Positions 1-8,479 of a stretch of 64,000 nucleotides of DNA are shown here, piece by piece. The DNA lies in contig OZ252100.1 of the NCBI GenBank assembly GCA_965248435.1, positions 672,001 to 736,000 of the forward strand. Reading direction: 5' to 3'. The notes beneath the pieces were generated by a model. The model saw only the letters and a list, made by a program, of their open reading frames with translations, had not been told where the DNA came from and did not search any database. Both the position numbers and the translations under genes were made by a program. This stretch comes from Candidatus Latescibacterota bacterium. Lineage in GTDB: Bacteria > Latescibacterota > UBA2968 > GCA-2709665. Position 1 is the stretch's first letter; the number at the start of each line of letters is the position of its first letter.

Positions 1-1
1 G

Positions 2-2551
2 CTGCGTCAAACCGAACCCGTCGAAGGCGCCGACGAGGATCAATTTCTCGATTTCCTTCTTGTGAATCGAGACCCGATCGACGAAATCCAGAAGGTTGCG
101 AAACGGGCCGCCCCTTTCCCGTTCTCGAATCAGGGCTTCCTGACTCCTCTGACTCAGGTTGCGAATGTGCATCAGGCCCGGCCGCATCCAACTGTGTTTG
201 CCCCAGTACTTGATGCCCGACTCATTGATGTGAAGGGGAAGGATGCGGATGCCCCACCGTCTCGCCTCGTTCAGGTAGGCATCCTTCGCATAGAACCCGT
301 GGTTGTTGCTTATGACTGAAGCGAGGAATTGGGCGGGATAATGGGCCTTTAAATAGGTGCATCTGAACGACAGCTGCGCATAGCTGGCGCTGTGGGACTT
401 ACAAAAACTGAATCCGGTGAAGCTGCTCACCCGCTCCCAGAGCTCGGCCGCCTGTTCGAAGGCATAGCCGCTGTGGTCGATGCATCCCCTGACAAACGCC
501 TGGGACGTCTGCTGCCATCCCACGAACGGGACCTCCCCTTCGTGGGAACTGTTCATCATCTTTCTGATCTTGTCGGCCTGCTTGTAGCTGAGCCCGGCGA
601 TGTGGTGACAGATCTTCGTGACGTCTTCCTGAAAGGCGCAGACATCGTGCGTCTCCCCCAGAATGGCCTCGAGAGAGGGATGTAAAAAGTCCCAGTCCCG
701 AACCCCCGCTTTCATCTTCCGGTGCCGCTCGACAAAAAGCTGCGTGTATGCCGACCCGGCCGGCCGGACCAGGCTCGACGTGATGGTGATTTCCTCGAAC
801 GATTCGGCCTGTGCCTTTTTGTTCAATCGTGTCTGTGCCGGACTCTCGATGTAGAAAATCCCCTTCGTCCTGCCCTTCCGGATGACATCCCGTACTCGGG
901 GATCGTTGTAACACTTCTCCAGATCCCACACATCAGGATCCGGCAACGATTGGTCCTCCAGCTGCTGCAGCGTATCGCGCAGCACGGACAGAGAGCCATT
1001 GCCGAGGACATCGAACTTGATCAGGCCCAGCTCATCGATCCCGTTGTGCATGTCGATCTGGGTGATCACCCGGTTTTTCTCCCCACCCGAAGATTCGCAG
1101 GCAACGTGCCTCCAGATCGGATCGTTCGTGATGAGCAGGCCCCCCGGATGCTGACCCAGAAACCGCGGCTTCCCTCTGATCTTCTCCGCCAGTTCCAAAA
1201 TGTGACAGATCTCTTCGTCTTCTATCTTTTTGGTCCGCGTCCGATGGCTTTCCAGGATGTCTGAGACCTGCTCCTCGCTGTATCCGAACACCTTGGCGGT
1301 CTCTCGAAAGGCGGCCCGCCGTCTGAAATGGTTCGTCGTACAGGTCACCGCGACCCGATCCTGTCCCCATTTTTCGATGATGTAGTCGAAGACCTCGTCC
1401 CGCTCATCCCAGCCGAAGTCCAGATCGGCGTCCGGAGGCGATGCCCGGTCTTCATTCAGAAATCGCTGAAAATAGAGATTGTATTCGATCGGATCGAGGT
1501 CGCTGGCGCCGATATTGTAGAACGTGATGGAATTCGCAGCGCTTCCTCTCAGGATCGTTGCATCCTTCGGCCTTCGATATCGGGTCTTGAACCGCTCATT
1601 CGCCCAGTCCCGGATCTGTTTCACGAACAAGAAGTAAGACGGGTATCCCAATTTCGAAATAACGTCCAGCTCCATCTCTTGAAGGCGCTTCGCCTTTTTA
1701 TAGGCCCCCGCTCTCCCGCGGTAGTTGACCTCCAGCCCCTCCCCGGCCAGCTTCTCCAAATAAGTCCTGGGTGTGTATCCCTCCGGGACCGAAATCTCCG
1801 GAAAAATCCACTCGCCCAGTTCGAGAACGGCATTGCACTGCGCTGCGATGCGCTCTGTATTGTCGATCGCCTCCCTGTGATTCGGAAACAAACGTTCCAT
1901 CTCCCCCTGCGATCGAAAACTCGCCCCCTGTGGAGCGGTCTCCTCAGGTTTCAACCGGGAGAGCGTGGACGTCAACCGGATGGCGGCCAGGATGCGATGC
2001 GTTTCCCAGTCATCCCCGTGCAGGAAAAAGGAGTTGTTGGAGACCGCAAGCGGGACGTCGAGGGCCTTCGCTGTTTCCTCCAACTGCCTGCTGCGCTGAC
2101 GTGTGCACGGCGAATGGTTGATGAGCTCACCGTAGAGGCTGCCCCGGTTCGGGGTCTGCGCGAGGAACTCGACCAGGTGCGGGAAGGCGGACATGAAGAT
2201 GAGATTCGGCCAGCCCCTGGCGAAAATCCTTGAAAAGGAAAACATTTTCGAATCCAGATGGCGCCGGGTGATGATCTCACACAGGTCCGCGTAGCCCGCG
2301 GCGTTCCTGGCCAGGAGCACGACATGTTCGTGGGGTCGGTTCGGCTCCGTCAACTCCACGCCGAGGATCGGTTTGATGCCCTCTGCCCTGCATTCGAGAT
2401 AAAACCGGATCAGGCCGCTCATCCGATCGGTATCGGTGAGGGCGACGGCCTTCATGCCGGAGGCCCTGGCCTGGCGGACCAGTTCCCCCGTCGCGCATAC
2501 GCCCGCACAGAAGGAAAAGACCGAATGACAGTGCAGGGGGACGAAGCTCAT
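2..2551 (-). CDS. dnaE2: DNA polymerase III alpha subunit, DnaE2 (error-prone)-like; 3' end runs off the window
   Basis: Absent from the ORF track because no stop falls in the window. Manual translation from ATG at 2551 gives MSFVPLHCHSVFSF...ALTDTD (PHP domain), RGSAANS, PPDADLD (catalytic aspartates) and GFSFCKSHSASYA. RGSAANS is the DnaE2-type variant. Confidence 0.88.
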   Translation of the reverse strand, partial: MSFVPLHCHSVFSFCAGVCATGELVRQARASGMKAVALTDTDRMSGLIRFYLECRAEGIKPILGVELTEPNRPHEHVVLLARNAAGYADLCEIITRRHLDSKMFSFSRIFARGWPNLIFMSAFPHLVEFLAQTPNRGSLYGELINHSPCTRQRSRQLEETAKALDVPLAVSNNSFFLHGDDWETHRILAAIRLTSTLSRLKPEETAPQGASFRSQGEMERLFPNHREAIDNTERIAAQCNAVLELGEWIFPEISVPEGYTPRTYLEKLAGEGLEVNYRGRAGAYKKAKRLQEMELDVISKLGYPSYFLFVKQIRDWANERFKTRYRRPKDATILRGSAANSITFYNIGASDLDPIEYNLYFQRFLNEDRASPPDADLDFGWDERDEVFDYIIEKWGQDRVAVTCTTNHFRRRAAFRETAKVFGYSEEQVSDILESHRTRTKKIEDEEICHILELAEKIRGKPRFLGQHPGGLLITNDPIWRHVACESSGGEKNRVITQIDMHNGIDELGLIKFDVLGNGSLSVLRDTLQQLEDQSLPDPDVWDLEKCYNDPRVRDVIRKGRTKGIFYIESPAQTRLNKKAQAESFEEITITSSLVRPAGSAYTQLFVERHRKMKAGVRDWDFLHPSLEAILGETHDVCAFQEDVTKICHHIAGLSYKQADKIRKMMNSSHEGEVPFVGWQQTSQAFVRGCIDHSGYAFEQAAELWERVSSFTGFSFCKSHSASYAQLSFRCTYLKAHYPAQFLASVISNNHGFYAKDAYLNEARRWGIRILPLHINESGIKYWGKHSWMRPGLMHIRNLSQRSQEALIRERERGGPFRNLLDFVDRVSIHKKEIEKLILVGAFDGFGLTQ

Positions 2552-2597
2552 AAAACAACCCTCGAATCGCAAAGACCAACCCACCGCAGAATACACG

Positions 2598-2634
2598 TGC
2601 ACAAATGTATACCTATTTGTCAGCGGTCTGTCAA
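2598..2634 (-). promoter_or_regulatory. sigma70-type promoter of dnaE2 with an overlapping dyad (candidate operator)
   Basis: Minus strand TTGACA (2634-2629)-N17-TATACA (2611-2606). The imperfect palindrome ACAAAT-N8-ATTTGT (2601-2620) overlaps the -10. Confidence 0.6.
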
Positions 2635-2979
2635 GGGCAAAAAAAGACCCCGGAGAAAACTCCAGGGTATTGTGTATAACATGTTGTTAACAATAATTTT
2701 ATATGTATTTCTCTGCTCTATTATTGCCGATGCGTTTTACCCATCGGCAACAAGAATACCTGCCATTTAAAGGGCCAGGAACAGCACCAGCAGAAGAAGG
2801 CCGTAGACCGTCAGCGTCACGACGGCGACTCTCGACGCCATCCAACTGGAATTCATTCGGGACCTTCCGTAAGCGGGGAAAACTTCAGCGATGTGGAACA
2901 GGGTCACGGCTCGGGGGGAGCGTTGCGAGGTGCAAAGTTACACATTAAGATCGGCCAGGTCAAAGCTTTTGTATCACGT

Positions 2980-4176
2980 TCACGTCTCCTGACCCCTAAC
3001 TCGCGAAATATGCAGGGTCAGGGCCTCGGCCACCACCTCCTCAACCTTGTCCAGGCTATCGAAAGGCTTTTGAAGCCTGAGATCGAACGCGGCCAGCCTC
3101 GGATCGTTCGGCTCCAACTCCCACCCGGTCATCAGCACCGTAATCGCAGACGGGTCCATCTGCCGGATCCTTTCGGCAACCACTTCTCCCGGCTCCCCCG
3201 GCAGGCCCAGATCGATCAGGGCCACACCATAGCGGCCCGGAGCAAATCTTTTGAAGGCCTCCGATGCGTCCAGCGCGGTCTCAACTTCGTAGTTCTTCGA
3301 GAGCAATCGAGACAGGACCCTCTGTACGCTCGCGTCGTCTTCGATGATCAGGATGCTTCCCCGATCCACCTCGCGCGCGACGTTCTTCTGTTCCTCCGGC
3401 TGTGGACCTGTATGTACGGGGAAATGGATCCTGAAGGTGGTGCCCCTGCCCGGCGTGCTCTCCACCTCTATCCCGCCATCCCATTGGGTGATGATCCCGT
3501 GAACCCCCGAGAGTCCTAATCCCGATCCTACATTTGTCTTTGTCGTAAAGAAGGGCTCGAAAACCCGTTTCCGCACGTCCTCGGGCATCCCGCTGCCCGT
3601 GTCGCTGAACGCCAACACAACTTCCTCTCCCCGCGACTGTGCGTCGATCCGGATCGTCCCACCATCCGGCATCGCCTCGACGGCGTTACTAAGGAGGTTC
3701 TGGAAGACATCCTGCAGCCCTTCCTCCGTCCCTGCTATGTCCAGAAGACCATCAAGGCGGGTGACAATTTTGATGGACAGCCCCTCATCTTGCCACTTCC
3801 GCTGTGTTTCCCCCGCCAGCGTGGCCACGATCGAGCGAAGACTCACCGCCCCCGGGGCGGTTTCGTCGGCGCCCTTCACCGACCGCCTGAGCCGCCGCAC
3901 GATCTCCCTTGCCCTTCGGGCAGACGAGATGATCTCTTCCACTTCGATCAAGAGGTCAGGGTCTTCGGTCGCTCTTTGAAGCAGCTGGGCGGGACCCATA
4001 ATTCCCGTCAGAATGTTGTTCAGGTTGTGACTCAGACCCGCAGACATCTGACCCAGGGCCCGCTGCCGTTCGATCTGGACGCGTTCCACTTCCCCGGCCT
4101 GGAGTTCAGCGAGTTGACGGCGCAGTTCCGCCAACTCGCGAATCAGCTCCTCTTTGGTTTTCTGTTCGTCTGTCAT
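2980..4176 (-). CDS. Hybrid histidine kinase (HisKA-HATPase-receiver) without an input domain
   Basis: H-box SHNLNNIL, N-box NLLSNAVEAM, DTGSGM, FEPFFTTK, GSGLGL, and a C-terminal receiver (IIEDD, DLGLP, KPF). Confidence 0.92.
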   Translation of the reverse strand: MTDEQKTKEELIRELAELRRQLAELQAGEVERVQIERQRALGQMSAGLSHNLNNILTGIMGPAQLLQRATEDPDLLIEVEEIISSARRAREIVRRLRRSVKGADETAPGAVSLRSIVATLAGETQRKWQDEGLSIKIVTRLDGLLDIAGTEEGLQDVFQNLLSNAVEAMPDGGTIRIDAQSRGEEVVLAFSDTGSGMPEDVRKRVFEPFFTTKTNVGSGLGLSGVHGIITQWDGGIEVESTPGRGTTFRIHFPVHTGPQPEEQKNVAREVDRGSILIIEDDASVQRVLSRLLSKNYEVETALDASEAFKRFAPGRYGVALIDLGLPGEPGEVVAERIRQMDPSAITVLMTGWELEPNDPRLAAFDLRLQKPFDSLDKVEEVVAEALTLHISRVRGQET

Positions 4177-4210
4177 CCGGTTTCCGGGAAGGTGTCAGAG
4201 GGGGCGCAAA

Positions 4211-4921
4211 CTAAAACCCTGCGATCATGAAAAGCCCACACAAGCAGAGTGTGACGCCTGCAAAGGCGTGACTGAATTTTTGAATTCTGAGTTGGGGCAA
4301 GGCACCCAGTCCCGCGAGACCGGCGAACACGAGACCCAGCACGGTCACAAGCGTGACCACTGCGAAAACGATCGTCACCCAAATCACACCCGCGAAGCTG
4401 TGCTGAAACGCGGGCACTAACAGTACCGGGATCAGGGGTTCGCAGGGGCCCAGCACGAAGATGGTGAAGAGCACCCAGGGTGCCAGCTTCGCGCCATCAC
4501 TCGCCCCGTGTGGATGGGCGTGCTCACGATGGTGGGCGTGTTCGTGGTCGTGGAGTGTTCCGTCGGCGTGCACGTGGGAATGGGCGTGAGGCCGGTCCCT
4601 CAGTCCCCTGCGGAGGCCCCAGGCCGTATAGACGATCCCAAAAGACAACAAGGCCCAGGCAGCGAGACTCCCTCGCGCCGATTCAACGATTTCCAGATTG
4701 GACACCAGAACACCGGCACCGATGACCACTGCTCCGAGGACAACCGACCCGAGGATGTGTCCAATCCCGCACAGGGCGGCGATGCAAAGCGTCTTCGATC
4801 CGGACCAGGAACCCGCCCTGCCCATCGCGATAAAGGGCAGGTAGTGGTCCGGCCCCAGCAGGGTATGGAAAAATGCGATCGTCGCCGCGGTAATCGTCAA
4901 GGCAAGGAGGTCGTGCGGCAT
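4211..4921 (-). CDS. Nickel/cobalt permease (UreH/HoxN-like, DsbD_2 family) with His-rich loop
   Basis: About 6 hydrophobic segments, HTLLGPDH motif, His-rich loop HAHSHVHADGTLHDHEHAHHREHAHPH, GPCEP motif. Confidence 0.8.
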   Translation of the reverse strand: MPHDLLALTITAATIAFFHTLLGPDHYLPFIAMGRAGSWSGSKTLCIAALCGIGHILGSVVLGAVVIGAGVLVSNLEIVESARGSLAAWALLSFGIVYTAWGLRRGLRDRPHAHSHVHADGTLHDHEHAHHREHAHPHGASDGAKLAPWVLFTIFVLGPCEPLIPVLLVPAFQHSFAGVIWVTIVFAVVTLVTVLGLVFAGLAGLGALPQLRIQKFSHAFAGVTLCLCGLFMIAGF

Positions 4922-5003
4922 TTGACGCCCTTCCTAGAACCAACTCGGGATCGAACCGCAGGGAGCGGAGATCCGATGTCCGTGGATCGTTCCGAGGATG
5001 CGT

Positions 5004-5651
5004 TCACAACTCCAATACCATCAAGATACCACACACAGAGAGCGCGATGCCGGCGACGGCGTGGCTGAACCTCTGGATCCGCAGTTCGGGCAGGGCATCG
5101 ATCCCAACGAGCCCCACGAAGACGAGGCCGACCATCGTCACGAGCGTGACCACAGCGAACACACTGACGACCCAGATCACACCGGTGAGACTATGCTGTA
5201 GTGCAGGTACCATCAAGATCGGAATCAAAGGCGCGCAGGGATCCAGGATGAAGATCGTGAACAGCACCCAGGGGGTAGACTTCGCGCCATCGTCAGGATG
5301 GGCGTGTGCGTGGGAATGGGCGTGAGGCCTCAGTCCCTTGCGGAGGCCCCAGGCCGTATAGACAATCCCAAAAGACAACAGGGCCCAGGCCGACAGATTC
5401 TCACGCGCGGATTCGAAGACCTCCAGGTCGGACACTGCGGCACCGATCCCGATGCCCACCGCACCCAGGATGACGGAGCCGAGGACGTGGCCGCTGCCAC
5501 ACAGTGCGGCGATGCAAACCGTCCTGGACCTGGACCAGGAACCCGCCCTGCCCATCGCGATGAAGGGCAGGTAGTGGTATGGCGCCAGCAGGGAATGGAA
5601 AAATGCGATCGTCGCCGCAGTAATCGTCAAAGCCAGGAGATCGTGCGGCAT
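5004..5651 (-). CDS. Second nickel/cobalt permease paralogue with a shortened His loop
   Basis: Near-identical to 4211-4921 (same N-terminus MPHDLLALTITAATIAFFH). Confidence 0.8.
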   Translation of the reverse strand: MPHDLLALTITAATIAFFHSLLAPYHYLPFIAMGRAGSWSRSRTVCIAALCGSGHVLGSVILGAVGIGIGAAVSDLEVFESARENLSAWALLSFGIVYTAWGLRKGLRPHAHSHAHAHPDDGAKSTPWVLFTIFILDPCAPLIPILMVPALQHSLTGVIWVVSVFAVVTLVTMVGLVFVGLVGIDALPELRIQRFSHAVAGIALSVCGILMVLEL

Positions 5652-5694
5652 GTGGGGTGCTTCCTACACCAACTCAAGGTCGAAATCAGTCGTG

Positions 5695-7092
5695 CTATAT
5701 ATGAATCGCACGTTTATCCACGGCCAGTGCCGCTTCTTTGATCGCCTCGGGCATGGTCGGATGGGCATGCACCGAGCGCGCGATGTCTTCCGTGCTGGCC
5801 ATGAATTCCAGAGCGACAGCCCCCTCGGCGATCATCTCCGAGGCGCGGGCGCCCAGGATGTGCATCCCGAGCAGTCGATCGGACCCCTCCTCACCGAGGA
5901 TCTTAACCAGACCCTCGGTGGACTCGAGGCTGTGCGCCCTGCCGTTCGCCATGAAGGGGAACTTACCGATGCGAACGCTCAGGCCTTCCTCCTTCGCCCC
6001 CTCTTCGGTCATCCCGACGGAGGCCAGTTCCGGATGCGTATAGACAACGCCCGGGATCGCGTCGTAGTTCACGTGGCCGGCGTGGCCCGCCATGGTTTCG
6101 ACGGCGGCGACGCCCTCCTCCTCGGCCTTGTGCGCGAGCATCGGACCGGCGATCACATCTCCGATCGCGTAGATGCCTGGAACGTTCGTTTCGAACTGCT
6201 CGTTGACGGCAATCCGTCCCGCCCTGTCCAGCTCCACGCCCACGCCGTCTGTGTTCAGGCCTTCGCTGTGGGCTCTGCGTCCAACGGCGACCAGCAGACG
6301 ATCGCAGATCTCCTGTCGCTTCTCCGACCCGGTGACGAGCTCGAGATGGACCTTTCCGCCCTTCACCTCGGAGGTGTCTGCCTTCGTCTCGAGCAGAAAC
6401 TCCAGGCCCTGCTTCTCGAGCACGCGCTTCAGTTGGGTGCCCATCTCCAGGTCCATCCCGGGAACGATATGGTCCAGCATCTCGACGACCAGGACCGACG
6501 AACCCAAACGGTTCCAGACGGATCCGAGTTCCAGACCGATGGCCCCGGCGCCGATCACGACGAGCCGCTCGGGCACTTCAGGCAGGCACAGGGCTTCGGT
6601 GGAGCTGAGAATATGAGTGCTGTCGAACGGAAGGCTCGGCAGTTCGATCGGGACGCTTCCGGAAGCGATCAGAATCCGCTCTCCGCTCACCGTCTCCGTG
6701 CCCTTCTCACCCACCACCTCCACGGACCCTGCGCTGATCAGGTGTGCTGTTCCCTGGAGATGTGTGACCTTGTTCTTCCTGAACAGACCGCTGACGCCTC
6801 GCGTCATGTTCTGGACGATCTCGTCCTTGCGCTTCATCATCGCGCCCAGGTCCAGGCCCACCTTTCCCGTCTTGATCCCATGGCGCTTGAACGTGGTTCG
6901 GGCCTCGGAAAACAGCTCGCTCGATTCCAGAAGCGCCTTGCTCGGGATGCAACCAATGTTGAGACACGTGCCACCCAGGGCCTCCTTCTCCACGCACGCC
7001 ACCCGCATCCCCAACTGAGCGGCCCGGATGGCTGCAACGTAGCCTCCCGGGCCGGCCCCGATCACGATCAGATCGAATTTCTCTTCCGGCAT
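5695..7092 (-). CDS. lpdA: Dihydrolipoyl dehydrogenase (E3)
   Basis: GAGPGGY, GGTCLNIGCIPSK and HAHPT motifs. Start reassigned to MPEEKFDL (ATG at 7092). Confidence 0.96.
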   Translation of the reverse strand: MPEEKFDLIVIGAGPGGYVAAIRAAQLGMRVACVEKEALGGTCLNIGCIPSKALLESSELFSEARTTFKRHGIKTGKVGLDLGAMMKRKDEIVQNMTRGVSGLFRKNKVTHLQGTAHLISAGSVEVVGEKGTETVSGERILIASGSVPIELPSLPFDSTHILSSTEALCLPEVPERLVVIGAGAIGLELGSVWNRLGSSVLVVEMLDHIVPGMDLEMGTQLKRVLEKQGLEFLLETKADTSEVKGGKVHLELVTGSEKRQEICDRLLVAVGRRAHSEGLNTDGVGVELDRAGRIAVNEQFETNVPGIYAIGDVIAGPMLAHKAEEEGVAAVETMAGHAGHVNYDAIPGVVYTHPELASVGMTEEGAKEEGLSVRIGKFPFMANGRAHSLESTEGLVKILGEEGSDRLLGMHILGARASEMIAEGAVALEFMASTEDIARSVHAHPTMPEAIKEAALAVDKRAIHI

Positions 7093-7140
7093 GTTGTCTC
7101 CGTTATTTATTTCCGAGTGACAAATTCGCGATTCTCCTGT

Positions 7141-7213
7141 TCGCCGTCTGGAGACGGCTCCTACCGGATGAATTGGCACCGTGCATCTGGTAGGAGCCAA
7201 CTCCCGTTGGCGA
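7141..7213. repeat. Inverted pair of GTAG-type REP sequences (REPIN-like)
   Basis: 7141-7164 reverse-complements to GTAGGAGCCGTCTCCAGACGGCGA; 7190-7213 reads GTAGGAGCCAACTCCCGTTGGCGA. Each has its own internal hairpin. Confidence 0.75.
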
Positions 7214-7240
7214 CGATATGATTCGCGGTGTTTCTCTTGC

Positions 7241-8464
7241 TTAAACCTCTAACATCATCCGCGCAGGATCTTCCAGCAGCTGCTTGAGTCGGACGAGGAA
7301 CGTGACGGAATCTTTTCCGTCCACAATGCGATGGTCGTAGGTCAGCGCCAGGTACATCATCGGACGAATCTCGACCTGGTCCCCAACGGCCATCGGCCGA
7401 CTCAGAATGTTGTGCATTCCCAGGATACCGGTCTGGGGCGGGTTCAGGATCGGCGTCGAAAGCATCGAGCCGAACACGCCCCCATTCGTGATCGTAAACG
7501 TCCCGCCGCTAAGCTCTGCGACGCCGAGTTTTCCGTCCCTTGCCGCGAATGCCACACGTTTGATCTCGGACTCGATCTTCGCGAAAGACATCGTCTCTGT
7601 GTTCTTCAACACGGGAACAACGAGTCCTCGCTCCGTACTCACGGCAATCCCCGTGTGGACGTGCTGATGGTAGACGATCTCTTCCCCGTCGATGCTCGCG
7701 TTCACATCTTGAATTTCTTGGAGGGCAAGCACGGATGCCCTCACGAAGAACGACATGAGTCCCAGTGAAATTCCGTGCACTTCCTGAAACCGTTCCTTAT
7801 ACGCCTTCCGCAGGGCAAACACGCCGCTCATATCCACTTCGTTGAACGTCGTGAGCATCGCCGCGGTTTGCTGAGCGGACACGAGGCGCTCAGCGATCCG
7901 TCGACGGATACGGCTCATCGGGACACGTTTGATGCCCTCGGCATCGAATCCGGGCGCGGGCGGTGCCACAGGTACAGGCGACGGTTTCGGAGCAGGCGTT
8001 TTCGGTGCCTTCTCGACCTCTTGCCTCTTCACGTGGTCCACCACGTCCTGCTTCGTGATCCTCCCGTCTTTCCCCGATCCCTTGATTCCTGCCGGGTCCA
8101 CCGCCTCCTCTTCTATGAGGCGTCTGACCGCCGGGCTCAGGTCATCGTGGTGTGACCCAGCCGCCGGTTCGGGCGCGGCCGTTTTGGCCTCTTTTTTGAC
8201 GTCTGCCTTCTTGGCAGCCGGCGCGGCCCCCGATTCATCGATCCGAGCGACGGCCTCGCCAACCTGTACTGTATCCCCATCCTTCTTGAGCCTCTCAAGC
8301 GTACCGGCGCCCGGAGACGGGAGTTCCGCGTCCGCCTTGTCGGTCTCGATCACGCAGATCGGCTCATCCACTTCCACCTGGTCCCCGTCGGCCTTCAGCC
8401 ACTCCACGAGGATTGCTTCCGTCACAGATTCACCCAGTTCAGGAATTTCTACATCGATAGCCAT
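7241..8464 (-). CDS. sucB: 2-oxoglutarate dehydrogenase E2, dihydrolipoyl succinyltransferase
   Basis: Lipoyl domain ETDKA, E3-binding domain [10 protein letters not shown], catalytic DHRIVDG. Confidence 0.96.
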   Translation of the reverse strand: MAIDVEIPELGESVTEAILVEWLKADGDQVEVDEPICVIETDKADAELPSPGAGTLERLKKDGDTVQVGEAVARIDESGAAPAAKKADVKKEAKTAAPEPAAGSHHDDLSPAVRRLIEEEAVDPAGIKGSGKDGRITKQDVVDHVKRQEVEKAPKTPAPKPSPVPVAPPAPGFDAEGIKRVPMSRIRRRIAERLVSAQQTAAMLTTFNEVDMSGVFALRKAYKERFQEVHGISLGLMSFFVRASVLALQEIQDVNASIDGEEIVYHQHVHTGIAVSTERGLVVPVLKNTETMSFAKIESEIKRVAFAARDGKLGVAELSGGTFTITNGGVFGSMLSTPILNPPQTGILGMHNILSRPMAVGDQVEIRPMMYLALTYDHRIVDGKDSVTFLVRLKQLLEDPARMMLEV

Positions 8465-8479
8465 GTCCTTTACCCCACG

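Noticed and set aside
62-2770. Series of + strand ORFs (62-319, 722-1264, 1328-2233, 2258-2770)
   Set aside because: All are the in-register antisense shadow of the dnaE2 frame and show no protein motifs
5650-7221. 523-aa + strand ORF, and similar long antisense ORFs over leuC, leuB and the sialidase-like gene
   Set aside because: Antisense shadows of well-supported genes in GC-rich DNA
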